The notes: generated from the letters alone by a model not told the origin. A DNA stretch of 64,000 nucleotides from Octopus sinensis (GCF_006345805.1 NC_042997.1:124496001-124560000); one strand, 5' to 3'; shown: positions 1-12,964, counted from the stretch's first letter. Numbers and translations: made by a program.

Positions 1-1138
1 GGGGCAGACAGATAGACTGATGCACAGACGACCAATAGAGATTTGATAGACTTCGAAAGGTAGGAAGATATTTACATAATATATGCATACGCATATACAT
101 AAATTCACATGTGCATTCATACATACATTCAATAATTCAAAGCTACACATATTCTAACATATAGAAAGATATTCAGACAGACAGGTGCATATACGCACAA
201 ACACACATACAACCAAATATGCACACATAAATATATATGTATACACATTTACAGGCATATATATGTATATAACGAAGTGGTTAAGACATGAAGATGACAG
301 AGAACACGAAGAGAAAAAGAAAGAGAAAGTTGGAAAGAAATTTTGATTTTGGTTCTATATGAAAGAAAGTAAATCACGGGTATTAAAGCTAAAAACAGTT
401 CTGGACCACTGTTTTAACCTCTTTGATCATAATAACAGAAACCCCTGGGGACATAATATCAATGAATGTAGACATTAGATGGACAATTGAAAGCTAAATC
501 ATCAAGAAAAATTGCAAATGAAGAACCTTCATCTAGTTAAATTTCTTTTGTCATCAGATTTGAATACTACCGTGCCATCCATCGTGATTAGGCCAAATTT
601 CAGACAAATTTAAGTAATGAATGTCTGCAGTGAACGTCTGCAGAAGCAGAAATCAAAATAACCGAAAGCAATATCCATTATAAATTAGGTGAGTCGAACT
701 TATAAAAACTTTATTGATCAGAGACTGAAACTAAATGTCTGATAACCTTTTATTTTATTCAAAGATCAATATACAATTGAATATGAGGTAAAAGTGTGTG
801 CCCCTCATAGAATCAAGTAGAGTGGCTTCTTTGCCATTTCAACTCTATGTGCTTAAATTCATATATATTTACTTATCACGCGCTGATCTGATAAATAAGG
901 TTTAATATTTTTATTTGTCTTTTTCGTTTGCCTCAAGCGAAAGTTACAGGTGTTGAACTTTAGTTGAACTAAGAGAGTGGCTTTTATCCCTAAAGATATG
1001 GTAAGATCATAGTAATATGGTATACTCTTTGGAGGATTGAATAGATTACCTTGCACTATTCCTTCCGGCTCTCTCCACTCTGTATTCAAATATTCTCTGA
1101 GTCTAATTTGCGACAAACCTTCCATAGCCGATAGAATA

Positions 1139-1398
1139 ATAAAATATATAAATGCACCCTTTTAAAGCCTAGCCAAGCACATGGGCTCTGTTTCCCGGTT
1201 TCTATGGCGCATGTGTTCCCCAGCTGGATGGGACGACAGTCCATCGCAGCGTTACTCATTTTTGACAGCTGAGTGGACTGGAGCAACGTGAAATTAAGTG
1301 TTTTGTTCAAGAACACAACGCGTCGCCCGGTCCAGGAATCGAAACCACAATCTTACGATCGTGATGCTGACACCCTAACCGCTAAGTCACGCCCTCCT
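1139..1398 (-). mobile_element. tRNA-derived SINE (family C) with 16-bp target-site duplication (TSD)
   Basis: Head with pol III A/B boxes on minus strand (ttagcggttaggg..ggtttcgattcc). TSD catag(c/t)cgatagaata at 1123 and 1399. Confidence 0.75.
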
Positions 1399-1857
1399 CA
1401 TAGTCGATAGAATACAGTACGAAAACATAAAGTAGGAGACATAAAGAAGCTTACACCAAAATCTTTCAAATACATGTCCCAAGTAAAGGAACCCAAGCAC
1501 CATGTGGTTGTGTTTAATGGAGAGATGATTTGTAATTAGCTACACTTCAACCTAAATTTAGAAGCTTGGTAGTTTAGTATGAGAGATAAGCCAAGCATTA
1601 GCGCTTGTCTTGTTCATAGTTATTTCGTAGCACAAGAGAGAGGATATTTTTTTTGTAAAGGTTCTAGTTAGTAGGTGAACCTATTAGGAAACAATACAGT
1701 GGATGACAAAACATTTGTAATTTAGAATTTAAAGATTATAGCTAAACCAGTAAAAAATCGTTATTTTCATCAGTAAATAGAAGATAGTTTGTTAGCAAAA
1801 GTCGAAACAATACAGAGTTCCTATGTTAGTGAATTCAGGGTACAATGGCATACTTAC

Positions 1858-1965
1858 ATTTTGTAACGGTTTTCCATAACTTAACTGCAACACGTCTAGC
1901 TTAACATTCTTTCGTTGAAGGTTGTCGTCAAAGGATACCGTGCCAGTGAGTCCAGTGAAATTTAC
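1858..1965 (-). CDS. GRIA: AMPA-like glutamate receptor ATD exon F
   Basis: Acceptor aattttacag|GTA, donor AAT|gtaagt; 108 nt. Translates VNFTGLTGTVSFDDNLQRKNVKLDVLQLSYGKPLQN ('V...GLTG.I.FD...R.N' motif at the end of the ATD). Confidence 0.92.
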
Positions 1966-2122
1966 CTGTAAAATTCAATAGAAGATCAAAAAACTGAAAC
2001 ATCATATTGCAGAATATGTATCTAAATATGGAATAATATCTTTAGTAACACGAGAAAATCCTACATTAATAATATATGATTAATTCGACTATTATATACG
2101 TATATACACATGTATGTATATA

Positions 2123-2161
<39 letters not shown>

Positions 2162-2231
2162 TATACTTATATGCATATATAAATGAGCAATAATAAATCT
2201 CTGAACGAGGCATAAACAGTACCTGTACGAC

Positions 2232-2727
2232 AATGTGAAGTATATTTGCCACTTAAATGTGGCTAACCACTAAGGGTGGATGCTACTGTAGCTTGTAGCC
2301 CCAGAAGAATATCTTCTCCAGCTGGCTATTTACACACTTTCTGTGCTCTATCCGTATTTGCAAAGTGAAGCCATCCTTCCCATCGTCGACCTGACGTGAT
2401 ATGCAGGGACCCGTCGTCAGCGCACGACAATCACCGGTCTTCGAAGGAGTCCCAATGCAAATACATATATCCCATATATGTATTGGGATCCATTTGCATC
2501 GAATACCAGTGATTGTCATGCGCTGATGACGGGTAAATACTCAGAAACCAGGGTCCGTGCGTATCAGGTCAGGTCGACGATGGGAAAGATGGCTTCCCTT
2601 TGCAAATACTGATAGGGCACAGAAAGTGTGTCAGTAGCCAGCTGGAGATATTCTCCTGGGCCTACAAGCTACAGTAGCATCCACCCATAGTGGTTACCCA
2701 CATTTAAGTGGAAAATATACTTCACAT
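2232..2727. mobile_element. Fold-back element with diverged arms carrying a hammerhead
   Basis: atgtgaagtatattt...gggacc pairs with ggtcc...aaatatacttcacat, and complementarity continues towards a centre near 2470. A one-armed relative lies at ~51497-51755. Confidence 0.8.
2519..2559 (+). ncRNA. Type I hammerhead ribozyme motif (weak stem I)
   Basis: tgcg CTGATGA c-gggt-aaat-actc-a GAAAC cagg GTC cgtg. Same family as the motif at 51707-51753. Confidence 0.6.
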
Positions 2728-3368
2728 ATATAAATGTAGGTACACATATCTATGTATGTAGACACATACATAGACAACCATGTCTAAAAATAGACAACTA
2801 TATGTAAAAAATAGACATTCATATGTAAAAACATTTGAACTAGAAACAAAAGATAAAAAAAACAAAAAGCATCCTTAAACAACATGCTAGTATTCAATTC
2901 TGTGTCAGCTGAGTCTATTACAAAAGTACAGCCGTCTTAGTTTAAATGCGTAGCAACAAGCATTGATATATTTGATATATATGTAAAATTGTAACACACA
3001 TGATTAATTATAATATTCTTTCTAAATAATTCTTGAAAGCATTACAGATCTGTTTTCAGCCAATAAGAATACTATCAATTATAGTTGTTAGTCATTTTAG
3101 AAATATAAAGAGACGTAACAGCTGTAGATAGTCAAACCGATGATTTAATGAAGTGCTAACAAAGCTATAATTGGGAAATTATTTTAAAATTATACGTATT
3201 GTACTTTAAAGTGTGAATGTTAATTCTCTCCAATAGATTACACTAAAAGTTTTCAACTATCAGATAATAAGAAAAGTTGTTTCAAAATAACACATCGACA
3301 GGAGAAGGGAAGTATAGCCAAGTCTATATAATTTAAATTATTATATAAGCAAGCAAATGAAACACGTG

Positions 3369-3603
3369 GAGGCACATGGCTAAATGGTCAGAGTAGCGGA
3401 CTCGTGATCAAGGGAGCGCGGGTTCAAATCTCAGACTGCGCGATGTGTTTCTTTATGAGCGAAACACCTAATCTGCACGCGGCTCCGACAGAACGTGGTA
3501 CCTTGGGCAAGTGTTTTCTATAGCCACAGGCCAATCAAAGCTTTGAGAGTGGATCTGGTAGACGTAAAGTGACAGAAGCCCGCCGTATGTGTGTGTGTGT
3601 GTG

Positions 3604-3634
<31 letters not shown>

Positions 3635-3838
3635 CTGTCTGTCTGCTTGACTCCCCGCCCAAACATTGCTTGACAGCAGATGATGATGTATTTACATAGC
3701 CGTAACTTAGCTGTTCAGCAAAAGAGACCGATATAATAAATACTAAGCTCACAAAGAGCAAATCCTCGGGTCGATTTGCTCGACTAAAAGCCGTACTCCA
3801 GCATGGCCACAATCAAATAACTGAAACAAATAAAAGAA
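3369..3838 (+). mobile_element. SINE chimera (family C head plus family A body)
   Basis: tggctaaatgg..ggttcaaatc head followed by the family A body ccttgggcaagtg..ccagcatggcc..ctgaaacaaataaaaga. Confidence 0.65.
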
Positions 3839-4704
3839 TATATATATATGTATATGTATATATATACATATATATATATATATATTATATATATAGTCAC
3901 TGTTTCGCATGCGTAAAGTCTTCAAGAATGTATTTGTATGTTGAGTACTGTGATATGATTTATACTTATGATGTTTAATCTGACGGAAGTAACAATATAT
4001 ATTTGTCTGTTTTAGTCGATTTTGAACCTAATACCATATAACCGATTCACAAATATCCTTTCCTTTGAACCTTTCTGTTTACGATAATTCGGCATTACTT
4101 CAGTGAGAACTGAAACAAATTCAAAAAACAATTTTTGAATCTACATCTAGAATCACAATTCAACGACAAAATGACAGCCTAATCTGTAAGATATAGACAG
4201 ACAAGGCTGTATCGTATCATAACCTACCACATTAGAAATTGAAAGTCATATAGGTTACTGTATTCCTAGACAGTTATAAAACGAAAAAAAAAACAGAAAA
4301 AAAATCCTTGATCACAGCTTGATTTCCTTTGATCTTCGTTCTGCTGATTCAGTGTTGTTCTAACCTAAACAGCAACCGTGACATCAAGGGACAGTATAAC
4401 TGCCCATAACCATAGTGTTTTATATATAAACTTAGGGAGGAATATAGTAAGGACCCACAAAACAATTTTCCATGAAATTTCATATAAGATAAGAGAGATA
4501 TGAATGTTTACGCTAGCATTTCTTTCTAATTTGGTCTCAGTGGAATATAATCCCTGCTGGGTGGATTATATTTTAATGTCTATCATTTCATAATTATTAT
4601 TTATCTATTACATTTTCTTTCCGACTAAAACAAACATAGAATTACAAACATACACATATACATACTGATGCCTAAACACACACACAACACACGCACGCAC
4701 ACGC

Positions 4705-4737
<33 letters not shown>

Positions 4738-4806
4738 TGTAGGTCCCGGGTTGATTCGGGGTAACCACAGTAAATAAGGTACTCAATACATAGCAGAGTA
4801 AAATTA

Positions 4807-4934
4807 ATTTATTATATAGAAGGAGCTTCTACAGGACTAGAACTGTTTCATTCAAGAGAAATCTTCAGGAAGCTGAAGATTTCTCTTGAATGAAACAGTT
4901 CTAGTCCTGTAGAAGCTCCTTCTATATAATAAAT
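4807..4934. repeat. Perfect 62-bp-arm palindrome with 4-nt loop (repeated at 5165-5292 and 6668-6795)
   Basis: Arms 4807-4868 and 4873-4934 are exact reverse complements. The element is bounded by (TA)n, with a one-sided ~70-bp tail (4739-4806). Confidence 0.92.
4824..4874 (-). ncRNA. Type I hammerhead ribozyme motif, copy 1
   Basis: Minus strand agcttc CTGAAGA t-ttc-tctt-gaa-t GAAAC ag-ttctagtc-ct GTA gaagct: 6-bp stem I, stem III acag/ctgt, GUA site. Confidence 0.72.
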
Positions 4935-4938
4935 ATAT

Positions 4939-4987
<49 letters not shown>

Positions 4988-5181
4988 TATATATACATAA
5001 ACATAGATACACGTGCGTGAGTTTGTGTCCGTATATATCTGTATATATATATTTACATATATATATACACATATATATATATATATATATATATATGTAG
5101 GTCCCGGGTTGATTCGGGGTAACCACAGTAAATAAGGTACTCAATACATAGCAGAGTAAAATTAATTTATTATATAGAAGG

Positions 5182-5232
5182 AGCTTCTACAGGACTAGAA
5201 CTGTTTCATTCAAGAGAAATCTTCAGGAAGCT
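5182..5232 (-). ncRNA. Type I hammerhead ribozyme motif, copy 2
   Basis: Identical to 4824-4874. Confidence 0.7.
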
Positions 5233-5286
5233 GAAGATTTCTCTTGAATGAAACAGTTCTAGTCCTGTAGAAGCTCCTTCTATATA

Positions 5287-5353
<67 letters not shown>

Positions 5354-5464
5354 AACATAGATACACGTGCGTGAGTTTGTGTCCGTATATATCTGTATAT
5401 ATATATTACATATATATATACACATATATATATATTACACTATATTCATATATGTATGTGTGTG

Positions 5465-5503
<39 letters not shown>

Positions 5504-6564
5504 CTGTCTGTCTGCTTGACTCCCCGCCCAAACATTGCTTGACAGCAGATGATGATGTATTTACATAGCCGTAACTTAGCTGTTCAGCAAAAGAGACCGA
5601 TATAATAAATACTAAGCTCACAAAGAGCAAATCCTCGGGTCGATTTGCTCGACTAAAAGCCGTACTCCAGCATGGCCACAATCAAATAACTGAAACAAAT
5701 AAAAGAATATATATATATGTATATGTATATATATATACATATATATTATATATATAGTCACTGTTTCGCATGCGTAAAGTCTTCAAGAATGTATTTGTAT
5801 GTTGAGTACTGTGATATGATTTATACTTATGATGTTTAATCTGACGGAAGTAACAATATATATTTGTCTGTTTTAGTCGATTTTGAACCTAATACCATAT
5901 AACCGATTCACAAATATCCTTTCCTTTGAACCTTTCTGTTTACGATAATTCGGCATTACTTCAGTGAGAACTGAAACAAATTCAAAAAACAATTTTTGAA
6001 TCTACATCTAGAATCACAATTCAACGACAAAATGACAGCCTAATCTGTAAGATATAGACAGACAAGGCTGTATCGTATCATAACCTACCACATTAGAAAT
6101 TGAAAGTCATATAGGTTACTGTATTCCTAGACAGTTATAAAACGAAAAAAAAAACAGAAAAAAAATCCTTGATCACAGCTTGATTTCCTTTGATCTTCGT
6201 TCTGCTGATTCAGTGTTGTTCTAACCTAACAGCAACCGTGACATCAAGGGACAGTATAACTGCCCATAACCATAGTGTTTTATATATAAACTTAGGGAGG
6301 AATATAGTAAGGACCCACAAAACAATTTTCCATGAAATTTCATATAAGATAAGAGAGATATGAATGTTTACGCTAGCATTTCTTTCTAATTTGGTCTCAG
6401 TGGAATATAATCCCTGCTGGGTGGATTATATTTTAATGTCTATCATTTCATAATTATTATTTATCTATTACATTTTCTTTCCGACTAAAAAAAACATAGA
6501 ATTACAAACATACACATATACATACTGATGCCTAAACACACACACAACACACGCACGCACACGC

Positions 6565-6597
<33 letters not shown>

Positions 6598-6684
6598 TGT
6601 AGGTCCCGGGTTGATTCGGGGTTAACCACAGTAAATAAGGTACTCAATACATAGCAGAGTAAAATTAATTTATTATATAGAAGG

Positions 6685-6735
6685 AGCTTCTACAGGACTA
6701 GAACTGTTTCATTCAAGAGAAATCTTCAGGAAGCT
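6685..6735 (-). ncRNA. Type I hammerhead ribozyme motif, copy 3
   Basis: Identical to 4824-4874. Confidence 0.7.
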
Positions 6736-6805
6736 GAAGATTTCTCTTGAATGAAACAGTTCTAGTCCTGTAGAAGCTCCTTCTATATAATAAATATATA
6801 TATAT

Positions 6806-6849
<44 letters not shown>

Positions 6850-6970
6850 ATATACATAAACATAGATACACGTGCGTGAGTTTGTGTCCGTATATATCTG
6901 TATATATATATTTACATATATATATACACATATATATATATTACACTATATTCATATATGTATGTGTGTG

Positions 6971-7003
<33 letters not shown>

Positions 7004-7066
7004 TTGTGTATACAAATGTATATATATAGATATACACATATCTATCTATCTATCTATTATATATAT

Positions 7067-7128
<62 letters not shown>

Positions 7129-7426
7129 TGATACGGCTTGTTTCTGTGGGAGTGGATGTTTATAATTTCCGCTTAGAGCCTAAATACTGATGAATGGATG
7201 CTGTTTACTTCAACAGGAGGTGCAACATCAAAGCTGTGCCCACGTTTGATGCGAATGACTTGCTATGGAGTAATACAACTTAACGACAATATATCTCATT
7301 TTATCCTGAACTGAGTAGCATGAGGGTGAACGTCCTTCACCGGTGTTTGCCTGAGTGAAGTTGAATTGTTGTGATAATATCGAACTCTAGACTTGATATT
7401 GATTGTGGTACATTTTGACGATATAT

Positions 7427-7485
<59 letters not shown>

Positions 7486-7504
7486 TATATATATTTATTT
7501 ATTC

Positions 7505-7940
7505 TATCCAGCGCCAATATGGAGAATATACCATCGAGATTGCCTAAACGAACTCAACATTAGTTCAGAATTCATCCAAGGCTAGGACCACGGGCTATAC
7601 GTCCCCTACCCAATTCAGAACCACAACACAAATACACTGCAATAAAAATGTTTTTCTTCAGCAGTCTCTGCCCTATTTAACATTGTCCCGAAACAGATCA
7701 GAGAGGAAAAGGATCCCTAACAGTTAAACGGAATCTGGACAAATTTCTTCAAAGAATACCAGATAAGCAGCCTATAACCTGGATATAACGCATTCAACAG
7801 GAACTCCCTACACGAATGGACCAGAGTACCTCAAAACTTGACTTAAAAAGGATTTAGCTAGACCTATCAGGTGGTGATTTTAAGGTAGACATTGCCTGGA
7901 CCAATTTCTGGTCGAAATATATCTAAGTTATTTATCTAAG
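7505..7940 (+). mobile_element. CR1/L2-group LINE 3' remnant
   Basis: Degenerate peptide LFNIVPKQIREE...KRNLDKFLQRIPDK, resembling CR1-group ORF2 C-termini; repeated atctaagtta tail. Confidence 0.5.
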
Positions 7941-8046
7941 TTATATATATAAAATTAAATAAGGGTAGAAATTGATATTAATCAATTAAAACCACTGGCT
8001 TAGCATATTTAAAAAAAATCCGAAGATTAAAAATTGTGTTACTTAC

Positions 8047-8201
8047 AAAATTTAGAGGACTGACGACTAAAAAAATGGACAGCCTATATGCTAAACATAG
8101 ACGTCAAATCTGAGAACAGATTCTTCGTGGTAATGGCGATTTGACGTCTATGTTTAGCATATAGGCTGTCCACTATTTTAGTGGTCAGTCCTCTAAATTT
8201 T
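8047..8201. repeat. Fold-back with ~64-bp arms next to (TA)n
   Basis: aaaatttagaggactgac...gacgtcaaatc pairs with gatttgacgtc...gtcctctaaatttt; 27-nt loop. Confidence 0.85.
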
Positions 8202-8310
8202 ATATATATATATATATATATAATAATAAATATTAGGGAATAAATCCAAATTTACAGGGAAAAAAAATCAGATTTAGGATTAAATCCAATTTTATAGTAA
8301 AATATTATAA

Positions 8311-8603
8311 AATATTATTAGAGACAAAACCACTATTTTGCAAAACAAACAAGGAAAGACTTAATCAATACATAAAATTTTAATAAATAGTCAAAAAACC
8401 GCCACTACAATCGTTTCTTGTCTTGATCGACAATCTTCAGGTGGACTTCCAGAAACTGACTTATTGGAAGTCCACCTGAAGATTGTCGATCAAGACAAGA
8501 AACGATTGTAGTGGCGGTTTTTTTGACTATTTATTAAAATTTTATGTATTGATTAAGTCTTTCCTTGTTTGTTTTGCAAAATAGTGGTTTTGTCTCTAAT
8601 AAT

Positions 8604-8606
<3 letters not shown>
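8311..8606. mobile_element. Near-perfect fold-back (~141-bp arms, 13-nt loop) with a hammerhead in each arm
   Basis: Arms 8311-8451 and 8465-8606 differ only in a homopolymer length. The element is flanked by (TA)n, with a one-sided tail at ~8222-8310. Confidence 0.9.
8472..8514 (+). ncRNA. Minimal type I hammerhead ribozyme motif (mirror copy on minus strand at 8402-8444)
   Basis: ccac CTGAAGA ttgtc-gatcaa-gacaa GAAAC gatt GTA gtgg: canonical core, 5-bp stem II, minimal stem III. Confidence 0.78.
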
Positions 8607-8672
<66 letters not shown>

Positions 8673-8689
8673 GTATGCATGCATGTATG

Positions 8690-8773
<84 letters not shown>

Positions 8774-8781
8774 TGTATATA

Positions 8782-8837
<56 letters not shown>

Positions 8838-9668
8838 TATATATAAACATGTAAATGTGTGTAAGTTTTTTTGTGAGTGTGCACGTATGTACGTATTTAT
8901 GTATGTAGATGTGTACGTATACGTAGAAAGTTACGGATATGGTATATGAGAATACATATTGTATGACTTATCTCTGTTTTGCTGAAACAGTTCACCGCTA
9001 TTTGACAAATTCTGAAATATGTATGACCCTCGTTTATTGCAAACTAGAATGAAAGACCGTCTAAAATTAGCTCTTAAATATTGTCAAATTCTTCAAATTC
9101 TTAAGCTTGCTAGAAATAGCAACAAATTCTCAGAAATTCTTTCTCTTCAAACTTTTAAGTGAAAGCTCCACGGGCTACTGCAGTTCCGGTTGAATAAAAG
9201 CGACATGATGGTCATGGGCTGTCATTAATAAATCTGATCCTAAACAACGGACTTATTCTTATCGAAATACATCCTATAACATTTCATGACACACGGACAA
9301 ATCGTATTTTAGAAGTTAAAAAATAACAAAAATTATTCTGATCAATAGAACCAACCATTCCCAAATAGACAAAAAATATTGTCTGTTGCCAAACAGTCAA
9401 TACAAACTTCCTGTTGAAAACAAAATCATTTCCCTCAGTTATTTCTTGTAAAGATATTATATGTATTTCAATACCTCAAAATAGACATTTTAAGAACTCC
9501 ATTCACCCTCCTCACTTGTTCGCTATTTCCACTATTTATTCCTCCCCATCTGTGTTTAATCTGTCACGCGCCCACTGATAAAGCTGCATGTAGTAGTGTA
9601 ATAGTAATAGAATAAAGAAGTTTGATTTCCAGTCATATGTTTACGGGTTCAAATATCTTACGCACAAA

Positions 9669-9740
<72 letters not shown>

Positions 9741-10896
9741 ATAGGAATGTATGTAGGCATGTACATATAATTAATCTGGAGAGACATTTCATAAATTGTT
9801 TAATTACGTCACACATTACACCTGTTCCATTGAAAATAATGTCCGAATTATGTTATCTGTACCAGTTCAATTTTGCAGGTTTTTATGCCGTCAGAAATTC
9901 GAAGTACAAACTAGAAATCTGAACTCACATGGATTGTTGGAATCCAGCCATAGTTGTAATTAAAACAAGTGAAAGTTGACGTAATAAACCAATTCATTAA
10001 TCAACCTTCCAGTTTAGTTGCTTTTTGTTTCCACATGTGCTGTGATTTTTAATCTGTGGAGCCACTGAAAGGTAACTTGAACTATAATACAAGAGTTTTC
10101 TTCGCAATTTTCTGAGACTGTTCCCTCTTTTTATAACAAATCTTTCCAATCAAGTTCCATTTATGCTTGAACAACTACTTCAATAATTTTCGTTTTCTTT
10201 TCCAAGAATATATATATACTGATGCAGACAAGCTATTTTCATTCGTTTATAAAAAGCTTGTTCTTACTGTATACTGTGCGTTGATTTCTTCTCAGAACTA
10301 TTGCTCCATTTTAAACCCTGGTTTCAAATGTAGATACAATGCCAGAAATTAGCTTACATTGACCACAGAATTCAACTGTTACTTATTTCGTTTATCCAGA
10401 AACAATTAAAGGTGAAGTCGACACCAGCGACATTTGAACCCAGAACGTAAATTTGGAAGAGATGTGGCTAAATATTTTTTCCGGCGCAGTAACGATTCTA
10501 CCAGCTCTTCGCCTTTGCTCTATCTTAAATATTACTGTCTACATTATCACACGCCACAGTAAAACATATATTTTCCTCTCTTCCTTTTTATTATTAAAAA
10601 GTAATTCCTGTTTAGAACTATACCAGTCAATCAGTATTTGCCAATATGCAATATCAGATAATAACTTTTCTCCGGACTTCAATTTCCATGGGAAAATTTC
10701 ATCTATAAATGCCCTATCTTAATTAGGAATCTTCGTTGGTAGACTTTCAAAACTTTGCAATAACTACTCTAACTTAAATAACTTAAATAACTATTCTAAC
10801 TTAGATACATATACAGGAATAGAAAATCAAACTCCATCACCAATTTTTTATTTCATTAAAATACTTTGTTTTTATTGATTCAGTATTCCAACAAGA

Positions 10897-11056
10897 CATG
10901 GCTATGTGGTAAAAAGCTTGCTTCCCAACCATGTGATTCCGGGTTCAGTCTCACAACGTGGCAACTTGGGCAAGTGTCTTCAACTATAGCCTCGGGCCGA
11001 CCAAAACCTTGTGAATGTATTTGGTAGACGGAAACCGAAAGAAGCCCGTCACGTAT

Positions 11057-11110
<54 letters not shown>

Positions 11111-11311
11111 GAGAGAGAGAGAGAGAGAGATCGCTAGCCACTACACATTCTTTATTTTCTCTCCTTGTTTCTTTCTGTGTTCCTTTCCGTAGAAGAGCGT
11201 AGGCTCGAAACCTTAAAGACATTTTCACTTCCCGAGCGTTAAACTAATACATCTGTTTGTTGTCTACACCACCAGTCTTCGTCTTGAGATTTTTTTTGTG
11301 AATTCTCCCCC

Positions 11312-11344
<33 letters not shown>

Positions 11345-11530
11345 CTTTGTGTCTGTGCTTGTTCCCCACCATCGCTTAACAACCGATGTTAGTGTGTTTG
11401 CGTCCCCGTAACTTAGCGGTTCGACAAAAGCGATCGATTGCATAAGTACCAGGCTTAAATAAATAAGTCCTGGGATCGATTTCTTAGACCAGCATGGCCG
11501 CAGTTAACCGACTAAAACATAAAGAAAAAA
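10897..11530 (+). mobile_element. SINE family A, interrupted by microsatellites and a Penelope-like fragment (~11130-11310)
   Basis: tggctatgtggt..gggttcagtc head and shared family A body. The insert has a gagcgtaggctcGAAAC hairpin, with a relative at ~55800-55950 on the minus strand. Confidence 0.75.
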
Positions 11531-11577
11531 AGTATTTATTGCTAGAAATGTTTCATAATATTAGGAAAAAGACTTAC

Positions 11578-11775
11578 CTGTTTGATGGCTTTCACAATTT
11601 TGTCCCCCAGCACCCACGACACCAAAGGGTAGGGTGTGCAGTGGACACTATTGGTATTATTCCACAGCCTACCCCTTCCACTAGCGCCTGAAAATACGTT
11701 CGAATCGTCGCGGTACATTATCTCCAAAGCGCTTAAAAGAGTACTAATGCTGTCGAATATCGCTACTTCATCATA
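11578..11775 (-). CDS. GRIA: AMPA-like glutamate receptor ATD exon E
   Basis: Acceptor tttttcttcag|TAT, donor CAG|gtaagt; 198 nt. Translates YDEVAIFDSISTLLSALEIMYRDD...VHCTPYPLVSWVLGDKIVKAIKQ, matching the AMPA 'C...P..PW..G..I..ALKQ' segment. Confidence 0.92.
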
Positions 11776-12964
11776 CTGAAGAAAAACAACAAAGCAAAAT
11801 GTTATTACATCAATGTACATATACATAGGCATCACACACACGTACGCACACACACACTCATACACTCACAAACACACAACACACATACACTGACACACAC
11901 GCACACACACTCACGAAGACACGCACATACGTTCACACACACTCACAAATACACGCACACAAATACACGCGCACACACTCACAAAAACATACCTACACAC
12001 ACATACACTTACACTCACATACACAAACACGCATACTCACACACACGCACACTCACACACAATTAACTCACACACACATCAAGAAAGAATTATTAAACTA
12101 AAATCCATTATATTTAGAAATCTTTACAAAGTAGTAAACGCTACTACGCGTTTTTGAAAAGCTGTACACAGCGAAAGCGCTTACGCACAATTAGAAAATG
12201 TCCATGCAATAGGTTCGCCTCACTTCTTAAACATTTCTTTGATATAATTACCAATTCTTAATTTACGAAAGTTTTTGTTTTACGAATGCTGAAATTGTAT
12301 CAAGCATTCTTTGGAATATCTTTTTTAATATGTGTACATTTACGTGTGTATTATATACACACATATATGTACATGCATACACATACGCATAAAAATGTTG
12401 GTTAGGACAGAACGCATTGGATAACAGATGAATGTACATTAATTACAACAGAAAAGAACTCTATGATTGGATTATATCATGGTTAAATGTGACTTATTTG
12501 TATATTTATTTTGCAGTATTTTCCCAGGGATGTTTCACAGATATATATAACATTAGTATAAACTGATGTGGTCGTTTGAGGCTTGGAATATACGTTTTCC
12601 CTCTCTCTCCCTCAATCCTTTCCTCACCCCTCTCACATCCACACCACAACATTCACCATCTCTATATTATATAGATTCTAACCCAGCTGTCCCAGTTTTT
12701 CGGTAACTGACACAGCTAAAGGATTCCATGACGGCTGGTTTATTGCCCTATCGCCACGACTGATCATCCTGGACAATTCACTGGATTATCATTATATTGC
12801 TTCACTTTTTAGGTCTTGGATATTTTCCCATCTTTTGATAATACTTAGACAATGTTTTAAAACGACTTATATGTAACAAGCAAAACAGCTGGTTGTAAAA
12901 TCTCAAGAAGAGATCAGAGTAGTAACTATACTTGTTAAGTAGAGTCAATCGCCACATCAGAGTA

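Larger units (their letters stand above)
3586..6990. repeat. Near-identical tandem duplication (copies start ~3586 and ~5480) with an internal 358-bp sub-duplication in copy 1
   Basis: ctccccgccc at 3651 recurs at 5520 (offset 1869). The differences I noticed are single-base indels or substitutions and microsatellite lengths. Confidence 0.92.

Noticed and set aside
8534-8949. YI-, CV-, HT-, poly-E/R/K- and LSIY-rich ORFs here and throughout the ORF track
   Set aside because: They are translations of (TA)n, (TG)n, (GAA)n and (GATA)n microsatellites, not genes.
11183-11218. Functional hammerhead (and its relative at ~55913-55949)
   Set aside because: A stem II hairpin and GAAAC are present but the CUGANGA core and cleavage triplet are corrupted; counted only as relics.
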